Assembly (NCBI RefSeq): GCF_006345805.1
Contig: NC_043000.1
Span: 61,876,001-61,940,000, forward strand
DNA length: 64,000 bases
Direction of reading: 5' to 3'
Origin: Octopus sinensis
Lineage: Eukaryota
Position 1 is the first letter of the stretch. Every line of letters starts with the position of its first letter. Below, piece after piece: positions 29,811-42,832 of this stretch. The position numbers were made by a program, and so were the translations under genes. The notes under the pieces were generated by a model. It did no database searches, had not been told where the DNA came from, and worked only from the letters and a program-made list of their open reading frames with translations.

Positions 29811-29919
29811 CCAAATTCTGGGCGGGGCAGGTATCAGCAGTTATGCCTATATATATATTTAAACGTCACGACTCATCTCTTATTGATACTGATCGTGTTA
29901 AACATAGTGGTAGAGATAT

Positions 29920-30540
29920 TAATGACAAGGATAAAGATGATCTGAACGACAATGACAACAATGCCAACGACATAAAGAATGGTATTGAAGATAAAAGATT
30001 ACGAAATAAAAGATAACGAAAATGAGGACAGCAGTGTCGCTGATGTTGTTAACGAATATGTAGCAAATAGTGGTGATAACGGTGAATGACAGTGATATAG
30101 TAATACTGTGTAGATGTGCGATGGTGATAATTTTGATGATGAGAAGGATGATGATGATGATGATGTGGTTGCGGTATTGATGGTGATGGTAATGATTGTG
30201 GTGGTGGTAGTGGTGGATGGGGATTATTGTATTATAGGTGGTAGTTGCGGTGGTGATTGGGAGGATTCCAAGGATGAAGACGAGCATGATGATGATGATG
30301 ATGATGATGAGGAGGAGGAGGAGGAGGATAACGGTAGGGGAAAATGTCCCGATGATTATTCCGTTGTTGCTTAAGTTATCTCACAGTTGGCACTGGCCAC
30401 TCTACAAACAGATAGATTACTATCAGTTGTCACATCTAAATAGCTTCACAAATAACATCGCTATCGTCACCGTCATCGTCGACGTCGTCTTCATCATCAT
30501 CATCATCATCATCATGATTAACATCATTATCATCAACGTT
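29920..30540. repeat. Degenerate trinucleotide region (GAT/GGT/GAG/CAT)
   Basis: Directly visible. Confidence 0.85.
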
Positions 30541-30609
30541 AACATCCTCATTAACGTTGTCTACAGAGAATTGTCAATGATTCTTCTTACATTTCCTGTT
30601 ATTGATATT

Positions 30610-30825
30610 CTTTTCTACTCTAGGCACAAGGCCCGAAATTTTGTGGGAGTGGACCAGTTGCCTAGATCGACCCCAGTACGCAACTGGTACTTAATTTATC
30701 GACACCCGAAAGGATAAAAGGCAAAATCGACCTCGGCGGAATTTGATCTCAGAACGTAAAGACAGACGAAATACCGCTAAGCATTTCGGCCGGCGTGCTA
30801 ACTTTTCTGCCAGCTCACCACCTTT
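30610..30825 (-). mobile_element. tRNA-derived SINE, family A, near full length
   Basis: Minus strand GGTGGTGAGCTGGCAG...ACGTTCTGAGATCAAATTCCGCCGAGGTCGA...CCTTTCGGGTGTCGATAAATTAAGTACCAGTT; homologs at 2119, 4001, 27205. Confidence 0.75.
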
Positions 30826-30974
30826 CCTATTATTGATATTAATAATAAAATGTCGATAATCTTTTATTTATTACGTATATTTCATTAAAAATTATATCAG
30901 GTTGTTTAGAGTTCTTACGTTTTATCACAACACTCCACCCATTCTTCATCAACATTTGTGATAAATTTTTCCAT

Positions 30975-31356
30975 ATGGCGCAGGAGTGGCTTAGCAACCA
31001 CATGGCTCCGGGTTCATTCCCACTGCGTAGCACCTTGAGAAAGTGTCTTCTACTATAGCCTCGGGCCGGCCAAAACCTTGTGAGTGGATTTGGTAGAGGG
31101 AAACTGAAAGAAGCCCGTCGTATATATGTATGTATATATATGTAGGTGTTTGTATATGTTTGTGTGTATGTGTTTGTCCCCCTAACATCGCTTGACAACC
31201 GATGCTGATGTGTTTACGTCCCAGTAACTTAGCGGTTCGGCAAAAGAGATACAAGGGTTCCAAAGAATAAGTCATCGGGTCGATTTGCTCGACTAAAGGT
31301 GGTGCTCCAGCATGGCCGCAGTCAGACGACTGAAACAAGTAAAAGAGTAAAAGAGA
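30975..31356 (+). mobile_element. tRNA-derived SINE, family B, near full length
   Basis: Head with B-box-like GGTTCATTCCC, central TA/GT microsatellite, tail GGTGGTGCTCCAGCATGGCCGCAG...AAACAAGTAAAAGAGTAAAAGAG; homologs elsewhere in the window. Confidence 0.75.
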
Positions 31357-31989
31357 TATGGATTTATTTTTTATTTTAAGGTTTTTGGATCCGTTTTTCA
31401 TTTATGAGCGTTAGACTTCTCCCATTACTTGTGATTAAATTTGATTACTGTAACCGATAACATTGATTGCGTCAGTTATCTCACTCTGCACTAATTGTTA
31501 AACGAATGCCAAGAGAACGTGACTGTTCTCTTGACGTTCGTTACAGTATGTTACTTGCATTAGTCAGTTCTCTCAGAGAATAGTGACGATGATGAGGATG
31601 AGAATCACGAGGACGATGATGAATACATTTAAACATGTAGGCGCATACATGGATACATTTCACTGAAAATATAAAGATATAACAATGTTTGAAAACGAAT
31701 ATATAAATAATTGGAAAAGTATGATTGTTGACGTTTACCAGAAATCGTTAAAGTGAGTTCATGACTACGTACGACCCAGAAACATTGCACAGTGATAGCA
31801 ATGCGGCTAACATGTTCACTTCGCAACCAAATAGTCTAGATTCGAGCCAGTTATGTAACAGTAGGATCAAATCTACCCAACAGAAGGTCGTAGGGACGGT
31901 TACCTAATACTTTGAGTCTGAAATGTCATTTACCAGTGTCTGTATGTGTGTGGAGAGAGAGAGAGTGAGAGAGAGAGAGTGGGGGGAGA

Positions 31990-32251
31990 GACGTCACTAA
32001 ATTGACAAATGACACTGATCAGCGCCTGCATTGCTGCAAAACAAAGAGTCAAAACAGCTCAATAGCTACGGAAAGCAGTATCTTAATGACTGACAAGGGA
32101 GGCAAGCTGCCTACAGCAGAGAACATAGCCAGGAAGTTTACCTCCCTTGTTATTCATTAAGATAGTGCTTTCCCTGGCTACTGAATTGTTTTGACTCTTA
32201 TTGCTAGCAATACTGGTGCAGATTAGTGCGCTTTGTCACTTTAGTGACGTC
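31990..32251. mobile_element. MITE-like or Helentron-associated element with 20-bp inverted repeats
   Basis: GACGTCACTAAATTGACAAA (31990-32009) vs TTTGTCACTTTAGTGACGTC (32232-32251), 1 mismatch; related compact copy at ~34186-34275. Confidence 0.5.
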
Positions 32252-32289
32252 CATATTTCTGCCTTTGGGTTGTAAAATTGCGATTTAGC

Positions 32290-32420
32290 CAGCCACATGG
32301 TTTCTGGTTCAGTCCCACTGCGTGGTACCCTGTGTGAGGATCCTCTACTATAGCCTTGGGCAGATCAAAGTTTTGTAAGTAGATTTGGTTGACGGAAGCT
32401 GAAAGAATCCCCTTGTCTGT
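32290..32420 (+). mobile_element. SINE family B, 5' fragment
   Basis: CCACATGGTTTCTGGTTCAGTCCCACTGCGTGG...CTACTATAGCC matches 30990-31110. Confidence 0.65.
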
Positions 32421-32423
32421 GTA

Positions 32424-32467
<44 letters not shown>

Positions 32468-32904
32468 CATATATATATGGAGAGCGAGAAAGAGAGAGAC
32501 ATACAGACAGAGAGAGAGGTCGCAAAAGAACGCCCGGTGCTGACTAGCATCGCTCATATTAAATGACTCCAAAGCCAAAAGCATTATACTTCATGACTGA
32601 CAACGGGAGGCATGTCCCTAACGTACTTAAGCCATATTGCGATTTCGAATTTTGGCGGAGACCACCTTAATTCGCATCAGCGCTTCTTAACGCCTAGCGT
32701 TAAACTCAACGTCATTTGTTAATCTTAAAAGAAAAACCGTTGAAATCATGTGCTTATTTTCAAAACGGTAAAAGTGTAATCAAATTAAAAGGGTGGCTTA
32801 TTAGCAATTCGAACCTAAAGGCAAAATTAATAGAGGTCATGCTAAACTAGGAGTGAAATTAACTTGCCTCTTTTTGTCAGTCATTAAGTATAATGCTTCA
32901 GTGT

Positions 32905-33112
32905 CTTCGGAGTTAATTTGTGTTTGTGTCTTTGTATCTATTTTTATCCTCCACCACCGCCTGAGATGCGTTTTTTTTTGCATTCTTACACATAGAAACC
33001 AAATACAATAAGTACCGAGCTTTAAAAACATCAGTGCCAGGATCGAACAATTCGGCAAGCTGCTTTTCACGGCAATACCCCTGCAGCCGCAGTCTAATGA
33101 CTAAAACCAATA
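32905..33112 (+). mobile_element. SINE family B, 3' fragment
   Basis: AATAAGTACC...GCCGCAGTCTAATGACTAAAAC tail. Confidence 0.55.
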
Positions 33113-33155
33113 CGTGTTTAAGAGATATATACATATTCATAAATACACACACACA

Positions 33156-33223
<68 letters not shown>

Positions 33224-33224
<1 letters not shown>

Positions 33225-33590
33225 GAGCAAAACGTCCCCCGTCCAATGGACGGTGCTGAGTTGTCAAACATTTAAACTAAATTTTCTCAAAACAACTTGT
33301 CCGACCGTCCCATAGGCCTTCCCTTTGAGAAACACTGATTTAACCTCAATTTAAGACACCAGCAAAAGAAGAAATAAAGATAGACTTCTTTTCTATTCTA
33401 AAGAAAAACGATTTCCCACGGCTTTATCGATCGCATTCTCACCTAGAATCGATTTTTGTAATTTTTCAAGACTTATGCACGCCCAGATACCGTCGGTATC
33501 TAGATTACAAATTTGAGCGCAATCGGATGGAGGATGCCCGAGATCCTAGAAGCCACACACACAGACAGACAGAACAGATTTTATATAAGA
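33224..33590 (-). mobile_element. Non-autonomous Helitron-like element
   Basis: Minus strand starts TCTTATATAAAATCTGTTCTGTCTGTCTG and ends with hairpin CCGTCC-ATT-GGACGG then TTGCTCA (variant of CTAG). Confidence 0.5.
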
Positions 33591-33613
33591 TATATATATG
33601 GTATGCATATATA

Positions 33614-33665
<52 letters not shown>

Positions 33666-33878
33666 ATAATATATATTAGGGAATAAATCCAAACTTACAG
33701 GGAAAAATCAGATTTAGGATTGAATCCAATTTTATAGTAAAATATTATATTATGTATTGGCTTAAGTTTTTCATTGTTTGATTTCCCTAATAGTGCTTTT
33801 GTCTCTAATTTAATATAATATATATGTATATATATATATATGTATGTATATATATGTATATATATATATATATGTATA

Positions 33879-33914
<36 letters not shown>

Positions 33915-34091
33915 AGATAGGGGTTGAAAATTCAACCCACCATGGGATAACATATATCCAATATACTGCTAGATAGGTACCCAACAAGACTAATACATAG
34001 ATGTTAAAAATTGCCAAACAATCAGTTCATCTATTGTATTATATGGGTAAAGGTAATAATATTACCGTAAATTAATACTACAAAATTAGTA

Positions 34092-34128
<37 letters not shown>

Positions 34129-34679
34129 ATGCATATATATATATGTATATGTATATATATATATGTATATGTATATGTACATACGTCACTATAGTGTCAG
34201 AGGGTTGTAATCTTTGTCGCCTTAGTGACGCCTATTAATTTGCCTTTATGATATTAAATTGCTAATAAGCCACCCATACTATATATACGTGTATGTGTAT
34301 ACATTCTCTAATAACAATAATAATCCTTGGATGGATTTTGTAAATATTTTAATGTGTCACTCCGCCAGTTTCCACAAATCACATCTTTCCTAAGATCCTC
34401 ACCCGTATTAATGGGATGATTACAATGTAGTCCGTGGTATCCATGAACATCGGGTAGATGATGTTCATGCATTCATTTCTTCGGGCGAAAAATTTATAAA
34501 TCCCATCGTAGGCTTATCATTGTTATTACTAAATTTATCCTGTATTATAACGGCACAGCTCGGTGCGTCCCCCAAAAAGTGGTATCGCCAGTTCGCATCT
34601 TCATGCTGTAGCTGGCATAATCGAATAGGAGCTTTTACACGGATATTCAAAATCATGCCCGTTAACAAATTTAAAGGAT

Positions 34680-34728
<49 letters not shown>

Positions 34729-35465
34729 AGGAGGTACCCCAAAGAAATTACTTTATTTTCATAATTCCCACAGGTAAACATTTTTTTGTTTTACTTTCGA
34801 TCATATAGTACAACGTGCATTTCAGCAAAGTTTCCCATGAGACATAACAGGCGTAAAGTTAAATTGCTTATAGCGCGAGAAAAAATATTTTGTATTTGAC
34901 TCAGTTGGATTAAATTCATGTTATGTTTTATTGCTAAAATTTAATTTAGTGTGGCTGAAATAATGCTTATCACTATTCAGAAAGTAGCATGTGAGCTTGT
35001 TTGCAACGCAATAATTGAAGGAAAATGATGAAAATATTTGAGGTTTCAAAAAGGTCTCAGACAATTTAATCCAATATTGGAGTAGAAATAGTTCAGTCAT
35101 ATATGAACTTCTCAACATGTCTGTGCAAAATTTAGACAATATTAGACAATATTAGATAAGTTAGATAAGTTAGTAATTGAAAAAAATGTCGCATTTAAAT
35201 TAGTTTGAAGACATTGCAAAGTAACGATCAGAAAAATATATCTAACGCAGAAAAATATATCATATAATATAGGTATTTACTTATACATACTTACGCATAC
35301 GTAAACATACATCCAAAACACACACATACACATGCATTTATATAGACATATGTGTATGTAGGTGTGCATATATGAATATAAATATACAGTTCTATATTAA
35401 AGAGATGTGGAAATATATACATTATTTACATTCGACAGATATTTGTCCTCATCTTGTTTGTTGTC

Positions 35466-35511
35466 AACACAACGCTTCGGCTGATATACCCTCCAGCCTT
35501 CATCAGGTGTC
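35466..35511 (-). ncRNA. Minimal (Penelope-type) hammerhead motif, probably inactivated
   Basis: GACAC-CTGATGA-A-GGCTG-(10 nt)-CAGCC-GAAGC-GTT-GTGTT: stems I and II present, GAAAC changed to GAAGC. Confidence 0.55.
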
Positions 35512-35550
35512 TTGGTGAAATTTCTCTCTCTGTTTGATTCATCGTGTTCC

Positions 35551-35586
35551 TTTCTCCTGAAGAGCGTAGGCTCGGAACGTAAAAGA
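35551..35586 (+). ncRNA. Minimal hammerhead-like motif of a second repeat family, decayed
   Basis: CTGAAGA-GCGTAGGCTC-GGAAC-GTA-AAAGA; related decayed copies at 21048-21083 (-) and ~44625-44665 (-). Confidence 0.4.
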
Positions 35587-35733
35587 ATTCCTCACCTTCC
35601 CGAGACTCAAACTATTAAACCAGCTTGTTCTTTATAAACCTGTATTCGTCTTTTGTTTTTCTTTAAATTTCAACTATATATATATATATATATACATACG
35701 TTAGGAGTGACCTATCTAGAATAATAATTAAAC

Positions 35734-35819
35734 GATATTTAATTAATTTCCCTGTGGTTATTATAGATAATATTTTCCCTATTGATGGAATAACTAAATA
35801 GCGGTTTGTCTCTAAATTC

Positions 35820-35884
<65 letters not shown>

Positions 35885-36027
35885 CTACAAAATTAGAGAA
35901 TGGAGAAACATACTTAAATCAATAAAACATCAACTATCAGATGATACCCAATCAATACTTTAATACACCATTATCCCATGGTGGGTTGAATTTTCAACCC
36001 CTATCTCATTTATATATATAATATATA

Positions 36028-36074
<47 letters not shown>

Positions 36075-36523
36075 CAATTGCAGCTTGGAAGGTATTATAA
36101 GTCATTTAGAACACACGCCAAGACCGTTAGATTCGCTTCAACATTTAAATTTAATTTGCCATTTTTTTTTTGTCGCTTTGAATTTTCTGAGTGAACAGGT
36201 CACGGTCTCAAAGCGACGAAAATATTTTGGCGGGTTAAATTTAAATATTGAAGTGAATCTAACGGTTTTTGTGTGTTTTTAAATGGCTTATAAGCACCTT
36301 CTGCGCTGCAATTGTTTACACGCACACACACACAGACACACACAGACACAGACAGACACAGGCACACACACACTCACCCCCCACACACCCACACACACAT
36401 ATATATATATATATATTTATATATACATATCTATATAGAATTTAGAGGCAAACTGCTATTTAGTTATTCCATCAATAGGGAAAATATTATCTATAATAAC
36501 CACAGAGAAATTAATTAAATATC
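35734..36523. repeat. 90-bp inverted repeat pair (35734-35823 and 36434-36523); partial third copy ~37300-37340
   Basis: 3 mismatches in 90 bp; inner ends abut (TA)n. Confidence 0.85.
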
Positions 36524-37346
36524 TTATAATCATTACTCTAGATATCTCATAACAAATCAAACATTAAATTGACTACGCGCGTTTCATGATTTAATATATA
36601 AATCGATAATTTTAAAAGTTAATATTAATTCAATATAAAAATATATAGCCACTCTTCAGGTCAAAAATAAAAATAAATAAATTAAGATATTATAATAAAA
36701 CAATATATAAATATATGTATATTAGTAGTGAATAACTCAATAAGATTTAATAATAATAATGTAAAGCAAAAAATGACTTATCTTATTGGTGAAAACTAGT
36801 TAAAAGAAATTTTAAACTTTAAACTTACAACCTCTCGTTAAACGTGACGTAAACAATACATATACAATAAATAAATAGATATATGTATTTAACGATAAAA
36901 AGAAAAATAATCAAAGAAACGTGACGTAATATACCATTTACAGTGAAAGATTCTAAATTCACAATAATTTCAAACAACGACATTATATGTAAAAATATAA
37001 GATGAAATTAAATGTCCATAAATTAATATATATTCTTCAATTAATTTTATCAAACCCTTGTTTTATACATATTCTAGTTATGTTCATACACTACATAACC
37101 TACAACTAATTTATACTCATTATAATACAACATAATATATAACTACATACATTAATAACATCAATCAAGTTATATATATATTCACAAATTATCTAAACTT
37201 ATTATATAAGTAATTCGACCTATGTCTACATAAAATTTTCCTCTCATCGTGGAAATAAATCAATTGTCTTTTAGACCGTAATGTCTTCATAAATTGACTA
37301 ATGATGGAATAACCAAATAGCGGTTTGCCTCTAAATTTTATATATA

Positions 37347-37403
<57 letters not shown>

Positions 37404-37469
37404 TGGGAATTTTGATTAAGTTTGCTAAATTGAATTTTTTTTGAATTTATATAATATCATATTTATATA

Positions 37470-37658
37470 ATCTCATATGAATGGATCTATATATATGAAA
37501 TCAATTACCAATTACCATTAACTCAATAAATGCAGTATAATTCAAAAGCGCATTTGTAATATGCAGAAATGGTGTATAATGAAATGCTCGATTTCTAGAA
37601 TCTTAATTACATTCTCTAACTATTAATAATAATACTAATACTACTTCTAATAATAATG

Positions 37659-37709
<51 letters not shown>

Positions 37710-39237
37710 TATTGTCATAAATAAATAACAGAGAAATAATTTGATGAGATTTTATTTAACAATAAGAAAATTTTAATATCATGACAAATTTTTTCGCACC
37801 TTAAATACATGTTAATAATGTATATTATTAAATATAATAATAAATAAATTACTAACACGCTTGCATTAATGCAAAATACAAAAAGTCCTTCTAAATAGTG
37901 CAAAATTTAAGCTACATCCTTAAGTGAAAGAAAGTCTTTTTTGAATAGTAAATTCTCGATGTAACGGTTATAGGAATGTAAAGTATTTTATTACTGAATA
38001 TAATATAAATAATTTACATGTTTTTAAGTTACGAAACAATTTGTCATGGTACTAGAATTTTCTTATTTTTAAAGTTTCATCCAATTATTTCTCTGCCATT
38101 TACGACTTTATACACTCCTTATCGTTTTCTCTTGTATTGTACTATATATTGTATATGTTTTGTTGAATTAAGGAACATTTTTATGAGTACTACCGGATTA
38201 CTTGAATCCATATATTGTGACCTAAGTACACACTCACAAAAACACAGACCCACACACGCACACCCTCACACACACATCTGTATATATAATATATGAAAAC
38301 CAATTAAAAGGAATAGCTCATAATGATCAGAGTTTTGTAGTTAAGAAATAAGACAAATAAGTATAGATGGAAAATACTATCCGAGACAATGCTTGAATTA
38401 TTGAAATTATTTTCGGTTGCAAAGAAGACAAAACAGTCGTTTGGTGGCAGTTGGTACCACCACCAAATGAGAACGGATGATAAAGATAATTGCGAGAATT
38501 AAGATTTCTCCAAAATTCATATGCTATTAAAGTAAGGACCGATTTATTGTCTTGGTATAAGAGAAGAAATGTGGATATTTGTTTCTGTTTCAATTGGCAT
38601 TATTTGCATAACAGTTGTTTTACATTGTCCACATGAGACACTTAAACATATAACAAAGTATAGGACATATTTATTGCACTTATAATTTATATAAATGCAA
38701 CGGAAATATGCTAATAGAAATAACCTAGAATGGCCGGTTCCTTGAACTTGAACAAGAAAGTCAAGGGCATATTAAATACCATACAACATAAATTCTTTAT
38801 TAAGTGAAATAATTTTCGTTTCTAGAGAAGATAGAAGTATTGCTTGGCTGCAGTTGGAACCAACCCCACAGGAGAAGGGGAACTCATCTCAATCATCAGT
38901 ATTCTCTAGAATCCATAGGCCAATGAAACAAAGACAGTCTGATTTTATGGGACAACAGGGCAGTACACTCTATTCCGATAAAGTTCTATGTGTGAAATGT
39001 CATGCGAAATGTTGCGTTGAAGGATTATTTCTATATTCAACAGTTCGGAACTCACAAACTATTCCCAAAAGCAGTCAACAAGCTGAATAAAGAACACATC
39101 TCATATAAATGGATCTATATAAATGAAATCAATTACCAATTACCATTAACTCAATAAATGCAGTATAATTCAAAAGCGCATTTGTAATATGCAGAAATGG
39201 TGTATAATGAAATGCTCGATTTCTAGAATCTTAATTA
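37470..39237. repeat. 140-bp direct repeat pair (37470-37609 and 39098-39237)
   Basis: 2 mismatches in 140 bp. Confidence 0.85.
37655..37708. repeat. (TAA)n microsatellite
   Basis: Directly visible. Confidence 0.95.
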
Positions 39238-39389
39238 TCATCATTGTTTCCCAAAGTCATTTTGTGAAAAGAATGCTCAGTGAATATGTAGTGTATGAAA
39301 TTAAACAACAACGACGCAAGGGACAAAGTTTAGCAAGGGACAAAGATTAAAGCAGGAACGAATATATAGTATACTATGATATTATATAA

Positions 39390-39812
39390 ATCCTTAAATC
39401 CTTAAAAATGTTTTAGCCCGAAAGCCGCGGTCATGCTGGGGCACCACCGCTGAATGAGCTACACTAATATGTGAATCCACCTCTGATACGTGGCACTGGA
39501 TCAACAAGGAAGTTCGATGCTGCTGCCCGCATCTGCGTCTACCGTCGTGAGGTAGGTTCATCTGGGACTCACGACAAGAAGAGATCCAGTTTAGTTTTAA
39601 AGAAACTCACATCCACACTATGTAAGTCTCCCAGGTATTTAGGGAGGATGTTAAAGAGCTGTGGTCCTCTGAAACCCAAGCTGTTGCAGTATCTGGACCT
39701 GTATTTTCATGGTGATGTTGGAATATTTGGCACCATGCAGTGGCGCTCCGTTCTGCGGTTGGGGTAACTTTGAATGCCAAAGTTTGGGACAAGACCCTCC
39801 AGGATTTTCCAG
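39390..39812 (-). mobile_element. 3' end of a CR1-superfamily LINE
   Basis: Translation RHCMVPNIPTSP*KYRSRYCNSLGFRGPQLFNILPKYLGDLHSVDVSFFKTKLDLFLS*VPDEP...RAAASN, then a 3' tail ending in tandem TTTAAGGAT. Confidence 0.7.
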
Positions 39813-41701
39813 ATGTATATCACCGCATATAATGACATAATTTAACAGCATAATGCAATATAATATATTATATGATATGCAATGCGGCTGAAATCTCTTC
39901 CTGTTAAGCTACAGCTATTAAATATTTTTAAACCAACATATATTTTTGCTGCATTATATATTTTTCATGTCTTTCGATTAGCTATTTTTTAGTCGCAATA
40001 TGTTTGCTAATAGCCATACATTTAGCTGCGTTCTATACATAAAATGCTGCATGATGACATGTTTTTTTTTATTTTGTAGATGATAGATTTTATGGCAGTA
40101 CGTGTTTCTGACTGAATATTTGTTAAAATGTTCTGTTGTGACGATTAGGGCATTCATGGTTTTGATGGAACACGCATGGCAACAAATGTTAAAACAAAAT
40201 ACAATATTAATCTTATTGACTAAACCTAATTGCTCATTATTGAGCATACAGTTGCAAATATAGCTATCAACACATTTACTGGTAATATGCCAGGGATCAA
40301 TGTCATAAATGATTTGTAACGCTGTTTCTATTAATAAATTTTTGCATTTGAAGAATCACATCATATGGAATAAAATAAAATATCACCTCTCTGTTGGTAA
40401 ATATAGATATTTAGAAGTTAAATGAATATAGAAATCCCATAATAATAATGTAGAAAAGCAGAAGTAAGTTTAAATAACGGGAAAACTGGTTAGGAAATAC
40501 TTCAATCGATATTGTACGTGCAATAGACAACTTAGAATGTGATTACAAGCGATCAAACACACACACACACACACATACACATACATACACACACACATGA
40601 GTGCGTGGATAGATACACATGCATGGACGCAGACATTGTTGAGTGCTTAAGAAGGTCGTTTCGTAGACAACGGTCCCAAGAATCCCTTCCCTTTGCATGG
40701 CATCTTGCGGAAACCTGTCTTATCATAACATGGATTCGACCCAAGTTCTATGAAGAAAGCCAAGTAGAAAACTTAACGGGAAGAAACATTATGAATAATG
40801 TCAATTATCGATCTTGCGTAATTCTAAATAATACATAATAGTTTTAAAACAGTCTAAGAAAACAAATAGAAAAACGTAATCTATACAGTACTGTTTTAAG
40901 ATTTAACCAAGCGTCACTCATTTCTTTTATGATCAAAAGTTGCTATGGTTTCCTCGTTGAATCGTAGAGGACGAAATACTGATTGACCGTCGCAAAGAGA
41001 AAACAAAATGAAACAACAAATAAATGACATTGATTTTTTTATGTTCGTGCTATTGTAGGATGCATTGTTTAAAATGTTAGAAATTAACGCATCATAAATA
41101 TTTGGACATATACAGAGCTATATTGATATTTCATTAGTTGGTTCTATATATTATTAATCAGTTACAATGTCTCTTTTATGCTAAAAATAATTGTCTGTTT
41201 TATAGTCACATTAATCTAAGTTACACATTTTAAAGCGCGTTGAAATCACTTCGTAAATGATCCTTCCCCAAAAATGCATTTAGAAACCCTATTGGTTATA
41301 TGTTTCAGAAAAATCTGAAGACATTAAATTATTACGATTATTCGTTTTAAGTTTTATTCATATTGATTCATATTGATTATTAGGCAATTTTGTTTTATTG
41401 TGGAAATTACATGGTTATACATTTTTCAAAAATACATAAATTTGAGTAAATACTGAACACTTGTGTAATATATTTTAATATTTCTGATACCTACGTACTG
41501 TCTAAAATACAGTGATATAGACAATCGTAATTTAGATGATTGTCTTAATATAATATAGTTTGATACTGAATGAACTGATTAAAGTAAACAATGTTTTCTC
41601 ATACTAAATTTTTAAAATGCAAGAAGAAAATTTGTAAGTCTGCGTGATTCCACATACCTAAACTAACTAAAGACTTTCAGCACTTTCCAAAATCAATTAA
41701 T

Positions 41702-42031
41702 TGCAAGTTTAGCGTAGATGGGGGTATAGTTCAATACCTGGCCTGGAAATGTCCCTGGAGTTATCTCACGATTCGAGACTAGCTCTACTGGTTCGGAAGT
41801 GTTCGTAGACAGATCTGTCCGAGGTTTGCCCAATTCAACTATAGCGGATGGCCGCTGACACTCCTGCTTCCCCCTGTCCTTTGACAGGTGCTGTTTTACC
41901 ATCCGCTTGGTATTCAAAGATCATCCTCCTTACCGGCAACGTTTTGGGTTTGCCGGTTTTATCACCGACGACTCGACCATGTACCAGGCTGTACTGAGTA
42001 ACATGTTACCAGTAACGTAAGTGACCTGACA
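41702..42031. mobile_element. Solo-LTR-like element, 330 bp; partial homolog at 49895-50097
   Basis: TG...CA termini with TAAT on both sides; shared GTAACATGTTAC and GACCTGACA end with the second copy. Confidence 0.4.
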
Positions 42032-42427
42032 TAATATATAGATACACACATATTCACCTTATATTGTACCATACTGTTCTCATTTTGAAATAATCTAAAC
42101 CCATTACTAAGGAGTGTATTCTCTCTCAGAAATAATCATAAGAATAACTTCCACAATTATCGTCTAAATAAGCCTCTATCACAACTACCGTATCGGAAAG
42201 TAAACATTCTACAAATGACACACCTGAATAAAATTGTTTTTATCAGAGCATTTTCCACCATTTTGACTTATTGATGATACAACATATTACATGAGATATT
42301 CCAGGTTAGAAATTAATGACAAAATCATATATCCGATGTACAACACATTCTTAGAGACATTAACACTATTTAGTAACGCTTAATCATCCTTCAATGAGTG
42401 CTAAAATACATTTTGAATTTCGCTTAT

Positions 42428-42832
42428 CTCTTACCTTTTACTTGTTTTAGCCATTAAATTATGGCTAAGTCGGGGCACCATCTTCAAGATTTCTTAATAG
42501 AATGGATCGACGTTAGTACCTTTTTAAAACCCTGGTGCTTATTCTATAGGTCTCTTTTCCCAAACCGCAATGTTAAGGGGACGTAAACATGACAACACCG
42601 GTTATCAAGTGGTGATGGAGAACAAATATAGATACAAAGACACACACACACACACACGCACATAAATATACGTCGGACTTATTTCAGTTTCCGTCTAGGA
42701 AATCCACTCACAAGGGTTTGGTCGAACCGAGGATTTAGTAGAAGACACTTTCCCAAGGTGCCACGTAGTGATTCTGATCCCGCAACGATGGGACTAGGAA
42801 GTAAGCTCCTTACCACGCAACCACACCTGATC
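42428..42832 (-). mobile_element. SINE family B
   Basis: Colinear reverse-complement match to 30975-31356. Confidence 0.7.
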
